From the IMG/VR virus record IMGVR_UViG_3300046839_000055, positions 94,224 through 158,223 of that record: a stretch of 64,000 bases of DNA. One strand, given 5' to 3'. The notes beneath the pieces were generated by a model. It searched no databases. It was not told where the DNA came from and saw nothing but the letters and a program-made list of their open reading frames with translations. Every line of letters begins with the position of its first letter. The first letter of the stretch is position 1. The position numbers were made by a program, and so were the translations under genes. Source of the stretch: a virus. Its lineage: Duplodnaviria; Caudoviricetes. Below are positions 45,050 to 55,554 of the stretch, piece by piece.

Positions 45050-46390
45050 ATGGGCATATTCAAGGGAATATTCAAAAGCCGCGACAAGCCAAAGGACTCC
45101 ACCGCCGCAAGCAGCTACCGCTTCTTCTTCGGAGGCACCACCTCCGGCAAGACGGTGACGGAACGCTCCGCCATGCAGATGACAGCGGTCTACTCCTGCG
45201 TCCGGATCCTGTCCGAGGCGATCGCGGGACTCCCGCTGCACCTGTACCGCTACACGGAAAACGGCAGCAAGGAGAAAGCCATCGACCACCCGCTCTACGA
45301 GCTTTTGCATGACGAGCCGAACCCCGAGATGACGAGCTTCGTCTTGCGGGAAACGCTCATGACGCACCTGCTCCTGTGGGGCAACGCCTACGCGCAGATC
45401 ATCCGAAACGGCAAAGGCGAGGTCATAGCGCTCTACCCGCTCATGCCAAACCGCATGACCGTCGACCGGGACGAGAACGGGCACCTCTACTACGAATACC
45501 AGACCTCGCAGGACGAGGCTCACACGATGAACGGGAGCCTCGTCAGGCTCTCACCTTACGACGTGCTCCACATCCCCGGTCTCGGCTTCGACGGGCTCGT
45601 CGGCTACTCGCCCATCGCGATGGCCAAAAACTCGATCGGCATGTCGATCGCCTGCGAGGAGTACGGCGCGAAGTTCTTCGCAAACGGCGCGACGCCCGGC
45701 GGAATCCTCGAACACCCCGGCGTGGTGAAGGACCCGGAAAGGGTCCGGGAAAGCTGGAACACGGCCTTCGGCGGCTCCGCCAACTCCAACAAAGTGGCGG
45801 TCCTCGAGGAAGGCATGAAATACACACCGATCAGCATCAGCCCGGAGCAGGCACAGTTCCTCGAGACACGGAAATTCCAGATCGACGAGATCGCGAGGAT
45901 CTTCCGCATCCCGCCCCACATGATCGGCGACCTTGAGAAAAGCTCGTTCAGCAACATCGAGCAGCAGTCCCTGGAATTCGTGAAATACACGCTCGACCCG
46001 TGGGTCTCCCGCTGGGAGCAGTCCATGCGGAGGGCGCTCCTCCGCCCCGAGGAGAAGAAGGAATACTTCTTCAAATTCAACGTGGACGGGCTTCTCAGAG
46101 GCGACTACCAGAGCCGCATGAACGGATACGCCACCGCACGCCAGAACGGATGGATGTCTGCGAACGACATCCGCGAGCTCGAAAACCTCGACCGCATCCC
46201 GGCCGAGGAAGGCGGGGACCTGTACCTCATCAACGGCAACATGACCAAGCTCGAGGACGCCGGGATCTTCGCCGCCACGGCACCGCAGGAAACTGAGGAA
46301 CCCGACAGAACACAGGAAGAACAGACAGAAGAACCACAGGAACAATCGGAGTCCGATAACCGGCTCCGGGGAAGGAGGAAAACCCTATGA
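45050..46390 (+). CDS. HK97-family portal protein
   Basis: AVYSCVRILSE.IA.LP, LLWGNAY, G.SPI, FF.NGA.P.G, IARIFRIPP, NDIRELENL. Confidence 0.95.
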   Translation: MGIFKGIFKSRDKPKDSTAASSYRFFFGGTTSGKTVTERSAMQMTAVYSCVRILSEAIAGLPLHLYRYTENGSKEKAIDHPLYELLHDEPNPEMTSFVLRETLMTHLLLWGNAYAQIIRNGKGEVIALYPLMPNRMTVDRDENGHLYYEYQTSQDEAHTMNGSLVRLSPYDVLHIPGLGFDGLVGYSPIAMAKNSIGMSIACEEYGAKFFANGATPGGILEHPGVVKDPERVRESWNTAFGGSANSNKVAVLEEGMKYTPISISPEQAQFLETRKFQIDEIARIFRIPPHMIGDLEKSSFSNIEQQSLEFVKYTLDPWVSRWEQSMRRALLRPEEKKEYFFKFNVDGLLRGDYQSRMNGYATARQNGWMSANDIRELENLDRIPAEEGGDLYLINGNMTKLEDAGIFAATAPQETEEPDRTQEEQTEEPQEQSESDNRLRGRRKTL

Positions 46391-47121
46391 CAAGAAAATT
46401 CTGGCGATGGGCGCGAAACGAGACCCCGGACGGCTTCGGATCCGACCGCACGCTCTACCTCGACGGAGAAATCTCCGATGAGACCTGGTACGGCGACGAG
46501 ATCACCCCACGGGCCTTCAAGGACGAGCTCAACTCCGGCAAGGGCGACATCACCCTCTGGATCAACTCGCCAGGCGGGGACGTCTTCGCAGCCGCGCAGA
46601 TCTACAACATGCTGATGGACTACCCGTACGACGTGACCGTCAAGATCGACGCGCTCGCGGCATCCGCGGCATCCGTCATCGCGATGGCCGGTACAAGGGT
46701 CTGCATGAGCCCCGTCGCGATGCTCATGGTGCACAACCCCGCGACCATCGCGATCGGCGACAGCGAGGAGATGCAGAAAGCCATCGACATGCTTTCCGAG
46801 GTCAAGGAAAGCATCATGAACGCCTACGAGCTCAAGTCCGGGCTGTCCCGGAACAAGATCTCGAAGCTCATGGACGCCGAGACCTGGATGAACGCCAGGG
46901 AAGCGAAGAAGCTCGGATTCGCGGACGAGATCCTCTTCTCGGACGGCACCGGGCCAGCCGAGGAGGACGACACGGAGATCGGGATGCTCTTCTCACGGAA
47001 GGCCGTCACCGACTCGCTTCTCTCCAGGCTCATCCCGAAGCGCGCACCCGCGCAGAAAGACACGAAACCGGCCATCAAGGCCGCAGATCTACAGAAGCGC
47101 CTGTCGCTTCTCAGCCACTGA
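46387..47121 (+). CDS. ClpP-type prohead maturation protease
   Basis: INSPGGDV, AASAASVIAMAG, MVHNP, ETWM.A.EA...GFAD. Confidence 0.92.
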   Translation: MTRKFWRWARNETPDGFGSDRTLYLDGEISDETWYGDEITPRAFKDELNSGKGDITLWINSPGGDVFAAAQIYNMLMDYPYDVTVKIDALAASAASVIAMAGTRVCMSPVAMLMVHNPATIAIGDSEEMQKAIDMLSEVKESIMNAYELKSGLSRNKISKLMDAETWMNAREAKKLGFADEILFSDGTGPAEEDDTEIGMLFSRKAVTDSLLSRLIPKRAPAQKDTKPAIKAADLQKRLSLLSH

Positions 47122-47142
47122 AACGAAACGGAGGAATCAGAA

Positions 47143-48348
47143 ATGACCAAGATCATGGACCTTATGGAAAAAAGAGCCAAGGCGTGGGACGCCGCGAAGA
47201 ACTTCCTCGACACCCACTCCACGGGCGGCGGCAACGTGTCCGCGGAGGACGCCGCCACCTATGACAGGATGGAAAAGGAGGTCACCGACCTCACGCACGA
47301 CATCGAACGCCTGCAGCGCCAGGAGCAGATCGACAGGATGCTCTCCCAGCCGACCTCCGCGCCGCTCACCGGGAAACCGGGAGCAAAGGACGAGCCGGAC
47401 GACAAGCCGGGCATCGCGTCCAAGGCGTACAAGACGGCGTTCTGGGATTCCATCCGCAAGCGCAACTGGTACGACGTCAAGAACGTCCTCGAGGCCGGGA
47501 CCGACGCGAACGGCGGCTACCTCGTCCCGGACGAATACGAGAGGCAGCTCGTGCAGGCGCTGACCGACGAGAACTTCTTCCGCTCCATCGCCCACGTCAT
47601 CCAGACCGACAGCGGCACGCACACCATCCCGATCGTCGCATCCCACGGGACGGCGAGCTGGATGGAGGAGAACGGCCTGTATCCGGAATCCGACGAGACC
47701 TTCGACCAGATCACGCTGTCCGCGTACAAGCTCGGCACCGCCATCAAGGTGTCCGAGGAGCTGATGAACGACTCCGTCTTCGACCTCGAGAGCTACATCT
47801 CCACCGAGTTCGCACGCCGAATCGGTGCCGCCGAGGAGGAGGCGTTCCTCGTCGGCGACGGCCAGAAGAAGCCGGAGGGCGTCTTCACCAAGGTCAAGGC
47901 GACCGACGGGGCGACCACGGAGATCGCGAACACGAGCCTCACCTTCGACCAGATCATGGACGTGTTCCACTCCCTGAGAAGCGTGTACCGCAACCGCGCG
48001 GTGTGGATCCTGAACGACTCCACCGTCAAGGCGCTGCGCAAGATCAAGGACGGCAACGGGAACTACATCTGGCAGCCGAGCGTGGTCGCAGGCCAGCCGG
48101 ACACCATCCTCAACCGCCCGTACAGGACGAGCATCTACGCGCCGGAACTGGCGGCCGGGAACGTGCCGATCCTGTTCGGCGACTTCTCCTACTACTGGAT
48201 CGCCGACCGCCAGGGACGCTCCTTCAAGCGCCTGTCCGAGCTGTACGCGGCTAACGGGCAGATCGGCTTCCTCGCCTCCGAAAGGGTCGACGGCAAGCTC
48301 ATCCTGCCGGAGGCCGTGCGCGGCCTTTCCGTCAAGGCATCCGCCTGA
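47143..48348 (+). CDS. HK97-fold major capsid protein
   Basis: Coiled-coil delta domain, GGYLVP, KVSEEL..DS, KD.NG.YIWQP, FGDFS.Y, RVDG. Confidence 0.95.
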   Translation: MTKIMDLMEKRAKAWDAAKNFLDTHSTGGGNVSAEDAATYDRMEKEVTDLTHDIERLQRQEQIDRMLSQPTSAPLTGKPGAKDEPDDKPGIASKAYKTAFWDSIRKRNWYDVKNVLEAGTDANGGYLVPDEYERQLVQALTDENFFRSIAHVIQTDSGTHTIPIVASHGTASWMEENGLYPESDETFDQITLSAYKLGTAIKVSEELMNDSVFDLESYISTEFARRIGAAEEEAFLVGDGQKKPEGVFTKVKATDGATTEIANTSLTFDQIMDVFHSLRSVYRNRAVWILNDSTVKALRKIKDGNGNYIWQPSVVAGQPDTILNRPYRTSIYAPELAAGNVPILFGDFSYYWIADRQGRSFKRLSELYAANGQIGFLASERVDGKLILPEAVRGLSVKASA

Positions 48349-48367
48349 TCCGCGTGCTGACCATCAC

Positions 48368-48407
48368 ACGGGCATCTCCGGTTCTCCCGGAGGTGTCCGT
48401 CTTTTTT
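48368..48407 (+). terminator. Terminator after capsid gene
   Basis: ACGGGCATCTCCGG...CCGGAGGTGTCCGT-CTTTTTT. Confidence 0.75.
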
Positions 48408-48420
48408 ATGGAGGTGCCTT

Positions 48421-48708
48421 ATGGAAGTGACGCTTGACGAAGCGAAAACCTATCTCAGGGTCAGTTCCTCCGACGAGGACGAGCTGATCACACATCTCAT
48501 CGCATCCGCAACAGGCATCGTGCAGGACATCGCCCGTTTCCCCGACGAGGAACGGGAGGCGAGCGAGGAAAGGATCCTCATCCGCATGCGCATCGCCATC
48601 CTCTACACCGTGGCGTACCTCTACGAGCACCGGGAGGAGGCGGACCACAACCAGCTGAACCTCACGCTCCGCGCGCTGCTCTTCGGCGTCAGGAAGGAGG
48701 GCTTCTGA
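48421..48708 (+). CDS. Head-tail connector (gp6-like)
   Basis: VTLDEAK.YLRV....EDELI..LI, YLYEHRE. Confidence 0.88.
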   Translation: MEVTLDEAKTYLRVSSSDEDELITHLIASATGIVQDIARFPDEEREASEERILIRMRIAILYTVAYLYEHREEADHNQLNLTLRALLFGVRKEGF

Positions 48709-49040
48709 TGAACATCGCCGCGCTCCGCGTCCCCGTGACCTTCCAGAAGAACACGGTCACGGTCGACAAATACGGGAACCACATCTCGGCATGGACGGAC
48801 TACTTCACGTGCCATGCCACCATCGGCACGCAGACCGGCACCGAGTCGAGCGGCGAGATCATCAGCCCCGAGGAGTCCCTCGACTTCACCTGCCGCTGGT
48901 GCTCCGAGCTCGCCGTGGTCGAATCCACGAAATACCGGATCCTCGCCGAGGGCAAGACCTACAACATCACCTACGTGAACCCGATGGGATACAAACGCAA
49001 CTCGATCAAATTCAACTGCAGGCTGGAGAAGGACACATGA
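48708..49040 (+). CDS. Head closure/head-tail adaptor
   Basis: Position; D.YGN....W, RI...G..YNI. Confidence 0.8.
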   Translation: MNIAALRVPVTFQKNTVTVDKYGNHISAWTDYFTCHATIGTQTGTESSGEIISPEESLDFTCRWCSELAVVESTKYRILAEGKTYNITYVNPMGYKRNSIKFNCRLEKDT

Positions 49041-49417
49041 GCAGGAACACATCGATCGACGACATGGACTCCGCCATCATGACGGAGCTCGGGAAATACG
49101 CGGACCTCGCGGCGGACGACCTGAAGGACGCCGTGAAGGAAACGGCGAAATCCGTCCGCAAGGACATCCAAGACAACGCCCCGGTGGACACGGGGAAATA
49201 CAAGAAATCGTGGTCCGTGAAGAACGTCCACGAGGACTCCGAATCCATCGACCTCGTCGTGCACTCGAGGAACCGCTACCAGATCGCCCACCTGCTCGAA
49301 CACGGGCACGCCAAGCGAGGCGGCGGAAGGGTCGCCGCACGGCCCCACATCGCAAGCGCCGAGCAGCGCGGCAGCGAGAAGCTCGCCGAGACCATCGAAA
49401 GCAAGCTGAAAGGATGA
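49037..49417 (+). CDS. HK97 gp10-like tail-completion protein
   Basis: APVDTG.Y.KSW, HLLE.GHA..GGGRV...PHI. Confidence 0.85.
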   Translation: MSRNTSIDDMDSAIMTELGKYADLAADDLKDAVKETAKSVRKDIQDNAPVDTGKYKKSWSVKNVHEDSESIDLVVHSRNRYQIAHLLEHGHAKRGGGRVAARPHIASAEQRGSEKLAETIESKLKG

Positions 49418-49423
49418 CATCCC

Positions 49424-49750
49424 ATGACATTCGAGGAAACAAAAGCGATGATCGAGGAGACCGGGCTCCCCGTCGCCTACGACCACTTCGCCGAAGGCGA
49501 GTCCCCGGACCCGCCCTTCATCTGCTTCCTTTTCCCGGGAAGCGACAACCTGTTCGCGGACAACACGGTCTTCCAGAAGATCGACGAACTCAACGTCGAG
49601 CTCTACACGGACAGGAAGGATCCCGATATGGAAACCCGGATCGAGGACATCCTCGCCGCGCACGAGCTCCCCTTCGAGAAATCGGAGGTGTGGATCGCGG
49701 AGGAACGGATGTACGAGGTCCTGTACCAGACACAGATCATAGGAGGTTAA
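49424..49750 (+). CDS. Tail terminator protein
   Basis: GLP.AY.HF, PPFI, VELYT..KD; immediately before major tail gene. Confidence 0.75.
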   Translation: MTFEETKAMIEETGLPVAYDHFAEGESPDPPFICFLFPGSDNLFADNTVFQKIDELNVELYTDRKDPDMETRIEDILAAHELPFEKSEVWIAEERMYEVLYQTQIIGG

Positions 49751-49755
49751 CAGAT

Positions 49756-50361
49756 ATGGCTAACAAGAAAAACAAGGTCAAGTTCGGCCTCAAGAACTGC
49801 CACTACGCGATCGCGACGCTCGCCGAGGACGGCACGGCCACGTTTGGCACGCCCGTCGCCATGCCCGGCGCGGTATCGCTCTCCCTTGACGCGGAGGGCG
49901 ACAACGACCCGTTCTACGCGGACGACTCCGTGTACTACATGGTCTCGAACAACAACGGGTATTCCGGCGACTTCGAGCTCGCCCTCATCCCGGAGAGCTT
50001 CCTCACGGACGTGATGCACGAGACGGAGGACGCCAATGGCGTCATCGCCGAGAACAAGGACGTGGAGCCGGAGCATTTCGCGCTCCTTTTCGAGTTCTCC
50101 GGCGACCAGCGGAAGATCCGCCACTGCATGTACTACTGCTCGGCGATCCGCCCGTCCGTGTCCGGCTCCACGAAGGAGGACTCCACGGAGGTGCAGACGG
50201 AGACCCTCTCCCTCACCGTGTCCCCGCTTCCGTCCGGACTCGTGAAGGTCAAGACCGGCACGAACACTACCGACGCGGTGTACAACGCATGGTACGACAA
50301 GGTCTACGAGCCTTCGGCAAGTGCAACGGCATCCTCGTCCACGAGCGGCACAAGTGAGTGA
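49756..50361 (+). CDS. Major tail protein (phi13-like)
   Basis: KVKFGLKN.HYA, PGAVSLSL, FYADD..Y, FALLFEF.GD. Confidence 0.9.
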   Translation: MANKKNKVKFGLKNCHYAIATLAEDGTATFGTPVAMPGAVSLSLDAEGDNDPFYADDSVYYMVSNNNGYSGDFELALIPESFLTDVMHETEDANGVIAENKDVEPEHFALLFEFSGDQRKIRHCMYYCSAIRPSVSGSTKEDSTEVQTETLSLTVSPLPSGLVKVKTGTNTTDAVYNAWYDKVYEPSASATASSSTSGTSE

Positions 50362-50372
50362 GGTGAACGGTT

Positions 50373-50750
50373 ATGGCAGTGACAAAGACCATCGACCTTG
50401 ACGGCAGACAGGTGACGTTCCGCGCGTCCGCCGCGATCCCGAGACTCTACAGGAACAAGTTCCACAGGGACATCTACCGCGACCTGAACGAACTGCAGAA
50501 AGGCATCGACGAAAACGACGCCGAAAACTCCAGCCTCGACACGTTCAGTCTCGAACTGTTCGAGAACATCGCGTGGCTCATGGCGAAGCACGCGGACAAG
50601 ACCGTTCCGGACACTCCGGAGGAATGGCTGGACGAGTTCGGCACGTTCTCGATCTACGAGATCCTGCCGCAGATCATCGAGCTGTGGGGGCTCAACACGG
50701 AGCAGGAGGTGGCCGTTAAAAAAAACGGCATGCGACAGAACGGGAAATGA
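50373..50750 (+). CDS. Tail assembly chaperone (gpG-like)
   Basis: Between major tail and tape measure genes; ends at slippery A-run. Confidence 0.85.
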   Translation: MAVTKTIDLDGRQVTFRASAAIPRLYRNKFHRDIYRDLNELQKGIDENDAENSSLDTFSLELFENIAWLMAKHADKTVPDTPEEWLDEFGTFSIYEILPQIIELWGLNTEQEVAVKKNGMRQNGK

Positions 50751-50911
50751 CGACCCCGCTCTTCCTGCTCCGCTGCGTGCAGATCGGGCTTTCCATCTCC
50801 GAGCTCGACCTCCTGACGATCGGCACCGTCAACGACATGTACGCGGAGATGAGCAACGACGACTGGGACTACCCGGAAATCGCGACACAGGAAATGATGG
50901 ACAGATTCTAA
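50373..50911 (+). CDS. Tail assembly chaperone -1 frameshift product (gpGT-like)
   Basis: A AAA AAC at 50720-50726; -1 frame open as RHATEREMTTPLFLLRCVQIG...MMDRF* to 50911. Confidence 0.75.
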
Positions 50912-50926
50912 GGAAGGAGGCAGCGT

Positions 50927-53644
50927 ATGGCTGACAGAATCAAAGGCATCACAGTCGAGATCGGCGGCGATACGACCGGCCTCTCGAAGGCGCTGTCCGG
51001 CGTCAACAAGGAAATCCGAAGCACCCAGTCCCAGCTCAAGGACGTGAACAAGCTCCTCAAGCTCGACCCGACCAACTCCGAGCTCATCGCCCAGAAGCAG
51101 AAACTCCTCTCACAGGCGGTGGCGGAGACCAAGGACAAGCTCACACAGCTCAAGTCCGTGCAGGACCAGATGGACGAGGGCCTCAAAAGCGGCAGCGTCA
51201 CACAGGAGCAGTACGACGCATGGCAGCGCGAGATCATCGCCACCGAACAGGAACTCAAGAACCTCGAAAAGGAAGCGAAGAACACCGACTCCTCCATCTC
51301 CGCAACCCTGAAAGAGACCGGCTCCAAGATGCAGGAGGTCGGCGGCAAGATCAGCGGAGTCGGAGAATCCCTCTCCAAGGGTGTGACCGCGCCCATCGCC
51401 GCCATCGGCGCGGCCTCCCTTGCCGCGTTCGGCGAGGTGGATTCCGGCCTCGACATCGTGACGCAGAAAACCGGCGCGTCCGGGCAGGCGCTCGAAGAGA
51501 TGCAGCAGAGCGTCAAGAACCTCGCGACCCGGATCCCTACGGATTTTGAAACTGCGGGCGCCGCCGTCGGCGAAGTCAACACGAGGTTCGGGCTCACCGG
51601 GCAGGCGCTCGAGGACCTGTCCGGAAAGTTCATCAAGTTCGCGCAGCTCAACGACACGGACGTGTCCACCTCCGTCGACAACGTCTCCTCCGTCCTGAAC
51701 GCCTTCGGGCAGTCCACGGACGACGCGGGCGACCTCCTCGACGCGCTCAACACCACCGGGCAGGCGACCGGAATCTCCATGGACACGCTGGCGAACGACC
51801 TGTCCCAGAACGCCGCGCAGTTCAAGGAGATGGGACTCACCGCCCAGCAGGCCGCCGGATTCATGGGCATGGTCGAGATGTCCGGCCTTGACACTTCCAC
51901 CGCGATGGCCGGTCTCAAGAAGGCCATGAAGAACGCTGCGGACGACGGCATGACCCTCGACGACGCGCTCAAGGGCTTCTCCGACACGATGAACTCCAAC
52001 AAATCGGACACCGAGAAGCTGCAGGCAGCCTACGACCTGTTCGGAAGCAAGGCGGGCGCGTCCATCTACAACGCCGTGCAGAGCGGGAAACTCAACCTCG
52101 GCGACCTGTCCGGCACGCTCGGCGACTTCTCCGGCAGCGTGGAGAACACCTTCAGCGAGACGCTCGACCCGATCGACCAGTTCCAGATGACCCTGAACTC
52201 CCTGAAGGAAGTCGGGGCGGACATCGGAAACAGCCTCGCGACCGTCCTCCAGCCCGTCCTGCAGGACATGTCCGCAGCGCTCCAGAGGTTCGCGGACGTC
52301 TGGAACACCATCCCCGGCCCCGTTCAGGAGACCATCGTGAAGATCGCGCTCGTCGCCGCGGCCGTGGGGCCCGTGCTCATCATCGTCGGAAAGCTGATCA
52401 CATCGGTGGGGACGATCCTCACCGTCATCCCGAAGGTCACCTCGGCGATCACCGCGGTGAAGACCGTCATGACCGGGCTCAACGCGACCATGGCCGCGAA
52501 CCCGATCGGCCTCGTCATCACAGCCATCGGTCTTCTCGTCGCCGCGTTCCTCTACCTGTGGAACAACTGCGAGAGCTTCCGGGACTTCTGGACCGGCCTC
52601 TGGGACAACATCAAGCAGGTCGCTGTCACGGTGTTCACCGCGATCAAGGACTTCTTCACGACGATCTGGACGGCGATCACCAGCGTGTTCACCACCGCCC
52701 TGAACGGGATCAGCACTTTTATATCCGGCGCATGGAACGGCATCAAGACGGTTGTCGAGACGGTCATGAACGCCATCAGCACCGTGATCCAGACCATCTG
52801 GAACGGCATCACGTCGTTCCTCACGACCATATTCACGGCGATCCAGACCGTGGTGACGGCCTACTTCAACATCTACAAGACCGTCATCACCACCGTTCTC
52901 ACCGCCATCCAGACCGTGGTCAGCACCATCTGGAACGCGATCAGGACCGTGATCACCACCGTCGCGGGCGCGATCGGCACCGCCGTTTCCACGGCATGGA
53001 ACGCCATCTGGACCGCGACCAGCACCATCCTCTATGGCGTGAAGTCCGTCGTGACCTCGATCTGGAACGGCATCAAGTCGGCCGTGATGGCTGTCGTGAA
53101 CACGATGAAGAGCGGCATCACCGGAGCGTTCAATACGATCAAGAGCACGATCTCCGGGATCCTGAACGGCATCAAGGGCACGTTCTCCTCCGTGTTCAAC
53201 GGCATCTGGAGCTTCGTTTCCGGGATCGTCGGAAAGCTCGAGAATGTCTTCAACTTCAAATGGAGCCTGCCGAAGATCAAGCTCCCGCACTTCTCCATAA
53301 CCGGCAGCTTCAGCCTGAACCCGCCGAGCATCCCGCACTTCTCCGTCTCCTGGTACAAGAAGGCGATGGAAGGCGGCATGATCCTGAAGGACGCGACGAT
53401 CTTCGGACAGTCGAACGGCACGCTCCTTGGCGGAGGCGAGGCCGGGGACGAGGCCGTCGTCGGCACAGGATCGCTTCGCTCCATGATCCGCGACGCCGTG
53501 AGCGATGCCTCCACGGGCAACAACGGCCCGCTCATCAACATCGAGACGATGAGCGTCAGGAACGACGACGACATACGCAGAATCTCCCAGCAGCTCAACA
53601 CCCTGCTCGTGGGAAGCCGCCGCGCGAAAGGAACGGTGATCTAA
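50927..53644 (+). CDS. Tape measure protein
   Basis: 905 aa; IKGIT.EIGGDTT.L..AL, ANPIGLV, 11-residue Trp/Phe-periodic repeats. Confidence 0.93.
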   Translation: MADRIKGITVEIGGDTTGLSKALSGVNKEIRSTQSQLKDVNKLLKLDPTNSELIAQKQKLLSQAVAETKDKLTQLKSVQDQMDEGLKSGSVTQEQYDAWQREIIATEQELKNLEKEAKNTDSSISATLKETGSKMQEVGGKISGVGESLSKGVTAPIAAIGAASLAAFGEVDSGLDIVTQKTGASGQALEEMQQSVKNLATRIPTDFETAGAAVGEVNTRFGLTGQALEDLSGKFIKFAQLNDTDVSTSVDNVSSVLNAFGQSTDDAGDLLDALNTTGQATGISMDTLANDLSQNAAQFKEMGLTAQQAAGFMGMVEMSGLDTSTAMAGLKKAMKNAADDGMTLDDALKGFSDTMNSNKSDTEKLQAAYDLFGSKAGASIYNAVQSGKLNLGDLSGTLGDFSGSVENTFSETLDPIDQFQMTLNSLKEVGADIGNSLATVLQPVLQDMSAALQRFADVWNTIPGPVQETIVKIALVAAAVGPVLIIVGKLITSVGTILTVIPKVTSAITAVKTVMTGLNATMAANPIGLVITAIGLLVAAFLYLWNNCESFRDFWTGLWDNIKQVAVTVFTAIKDFFTTIWTAITSVFTTALNGISTFISGAWNGIKTVVETVMNAISTVIQTIWNGITSFLTTIFTAIQTVVTAYFNIYKTVITTVLTAIQTVVSTIWNAIRTVITTVAGAIGTAVSTAWNAIWTATSTILYGVKSVVTSIWNGIKSAVMAVVNTMKSGITGAFNTIKSTISGILNGIKGTFSSVFNGIWSFVSGIVGKLENVFNFKWSLPKIKLPHFSITGSFSLNPPSIPHFSVSWYKKAMEGGMILKDATIFGQSNGTLLGGGEAGDEAVVGTGSLRSMIRDAVSDASTGNNGPLINIETMSVRNDDDIRRISQQLNTLLVGSRRAKGTVI

Positions 53645-55549
53645 ATGGGATTCAGATTCAACGGACGGACATCCCAGAGCTTCGGCCTCGCCACACGGCA
53701 GACGAAGGAAAACAGGATGCCGGACTTCACCAACAACACGGTCACCGTCCCGGGACGCGAGGGCGTGTTCGACTTCGGCGAGACCATCGGCGAACGCAAG
53801 ATCGAGATCTCCTGCTTCATCCCGCCGGGCAGATCCGACGAGGAGTTCCTCGCCCGGAAGGACGAGATCATCGCATGGCTGAACCCGGACAACGGCCTCA
53901 AGGACCTCATCCTCGACAAAGAGCCCGGACGCGTGTACCGGGCAAGGCTCGAAGGCGGCTTCTCCTTCGACAAGGCCGTGCGGAACTCCTGCACCTTCGA
54001 CCTCACGTTCCTGTGCCCCGACCCGTACGCCTACGCCGAGGCGGACGAGACCTACGAGTTCACCGAGCCCGGCACCTTCACGGTGAGCCGGAGCCTCGGG
54101 AACGCGGACTCCCTCCCGGTCTACTCCCTCACGGCGGAGCTCACGAAGGAAACGAAAGCCGTCATCACCACCAACGGCAACGCGCTCGAAATAAGCGGAA
54201 GGCTCACCAAGGACGAGATCCTCGTGATCGACTCCTCGCTCATGACGGCAAAGGTCACGGACACGGATGGCAACACGCTCCGAAACGGCCTGCCGCTCGT
54301 CAACAGCCTGGACTTCCCGGAGTTAAAAGCCGGGGAGAACACGCTCGCGGTCGACGCGGACATCAGCACGACAAAGGCCGTGAAGAAGCTCAGCACGCAG
54401 GACGCGTTCACCGGGCAGGTGCCATCCTCATGGGGCGCGGACGGCCTGTGGCGGTTCAACGAATCCGAACCGGACTCATCCACGAGCCTCACGGACTCAT
54501 CCGGCAAGGGGCGCAGCGCCGTGATCAGCGGCTGGAGCGGTACGACCGCAAGCCTCCCGGCCGGGCACCTCGGACGGTCCTTCCGTATGAACATCAACGA
54601 CCCGCCGACCGAGAAGACCTACCTCAAGGTCACGAACGACGGCACGATCTTCCAGACGCTCGGCGAAACGATCGCCGTCGGCGGATGGTTCATGCCGACC
54701 ACCTACTCGGTCGGAAACACGTTCTGCCCGCTCTTCAACACGCGCTACGGCCCGGGCCAGCCGATCCTCTACCTGTCGCTCCTGTCCGGAAAACCGAGGA
54801 TCATGCTCTACGATTCGACCGGCACGCTGATCCTCGACAAATCCGTGACGCCGTCCTTCACGCTGGAGAACGCCGCCTGGTATTTCATCGCCTGCCTCAT
54901 CAAGCCGGTCGCCAAGACCGCCCAGTACATCCTCGGCAGCCGGAGCACCGGCACGGTCTGGCAGTCCGACGTCCTCGGCTTCACCGGGACGCTCAACGCG
55001 TCCTGCACGGCGGACCTCGTCTGGGGCATGCACGCCGACTCCTACTGGTACGCGGGGAACTTCGACGACTGGTTCCTCGACTGCGACTCCGACCTCACCG
55101 CGGACGACATCTCCCTGTGGTTCAGGGAATCCCTGTCCGCGAACGCCGCCGACTCCGACGCCAGCGTGGACGGGCTCACGACCGAAAACGCCGTGACCCT
55201 GAAAGCCACGAGCGGCGCATACCCATCGTCCGGGACGCTCACCACCGCGGCCGTCACCTACGGGATCGAAGGCACCTGCCTTGTCTCCGTGGACGCGGAC
55301 CTGCCGGACGGGACCGGGATCAGCATCGAGACCTCGACATCGGACGACCTCATGGCGTGGAGTGACTGGGCGGCGACCGGGGATGACGGAAGCGTCAAGT
55401 CCGCGGCGGGACAGTACATCCGCTTCCGGCTCACGCTCGCGACGACCGACACATCCACGACGCCGACCCTCAGAAGCATCAGCCTCTCCGTGCCGGGGGA
55501 ATCGGCGTTCAGGAAACTCGTCATCAACGCGCACAGCAGATGGAGGTGA
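53645..55549 (+). CDS. Distal tail protein (Dit) with inserted LamG-like lectin domain
   Basis: N-terminal F.FNG..S, VPGR.G, F.CPDPYAY, FP.L..G.N; central LWRFNE...DSSG.G LamG-like insert. Confidence 0.8.
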   Translation: MGFRFNGRTSQSFGLATRQTKENRMPDFTNNTVTVPGREGVFDFGETIGERKIEISCFIPPGRSDEEFLARKDEIIAWLNPDNGLKDLILDKEPGRVYRARLEGGFSFDKAVRNSCTFDLTFLCPDPYAYAEADETYEFTEPGTFTVSRSLGNADSLPVYSLTAELTKETKAVITTNGNALEISGRLTKDEILVIDSSLMTAKVTDTDGNTLRNGLPLVNSLDFPELKAGENTLAVDADISTTKAVKKLSTQDAFTGQVPSSWGADGLWRFNESEPDSSTSLTDSSGKGRSAVISGWSGTTASLPAGHLGRSFRMNINDPPTEKTYLKVTNDGTIFQTLGETIAVGGWFMPTTYSVGNTFCPLFNTRYGPGQPILYLSLLSGKPRIMLYDSTGTLILDKSVTPSFTLENAAWYFIACLIKPVAKTAQYILGSRSTGTVWQSDVLGFTGTLNASCTADLVWGMHADSYWYAGNFDDWFLDCDSDLTADDISLWFRESLSANAADSDASVDGLTTENAVTLKATSGAYPSSGTLTTAAVTYGIEGTCLVSVDADLPDGTGISIETSTSDDLMAWSDWAATGDDGSVKSAAGQYIRFRLTLATTDTSTTPTLRSISLSVPGESAFRKLVINAHSRWR

Positions 55550-55554
55550 CAGGA

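Noticed and set aside
52550-53220. Recurrent TGGAACG(G/C) repeats as CRISPR or DGR repeats
   Set aside because: They are the coding 11-residue Trp periodicity of the tape measure; no reverse transcriptase or TR/VR pair seen
51110-55365. 742-aa (-) and 935-aa (+) ORFs over tape measure/Dit
   Set aside because: Arg/His/Asp-rich shadow frames caused by extreme C-ending codon bias
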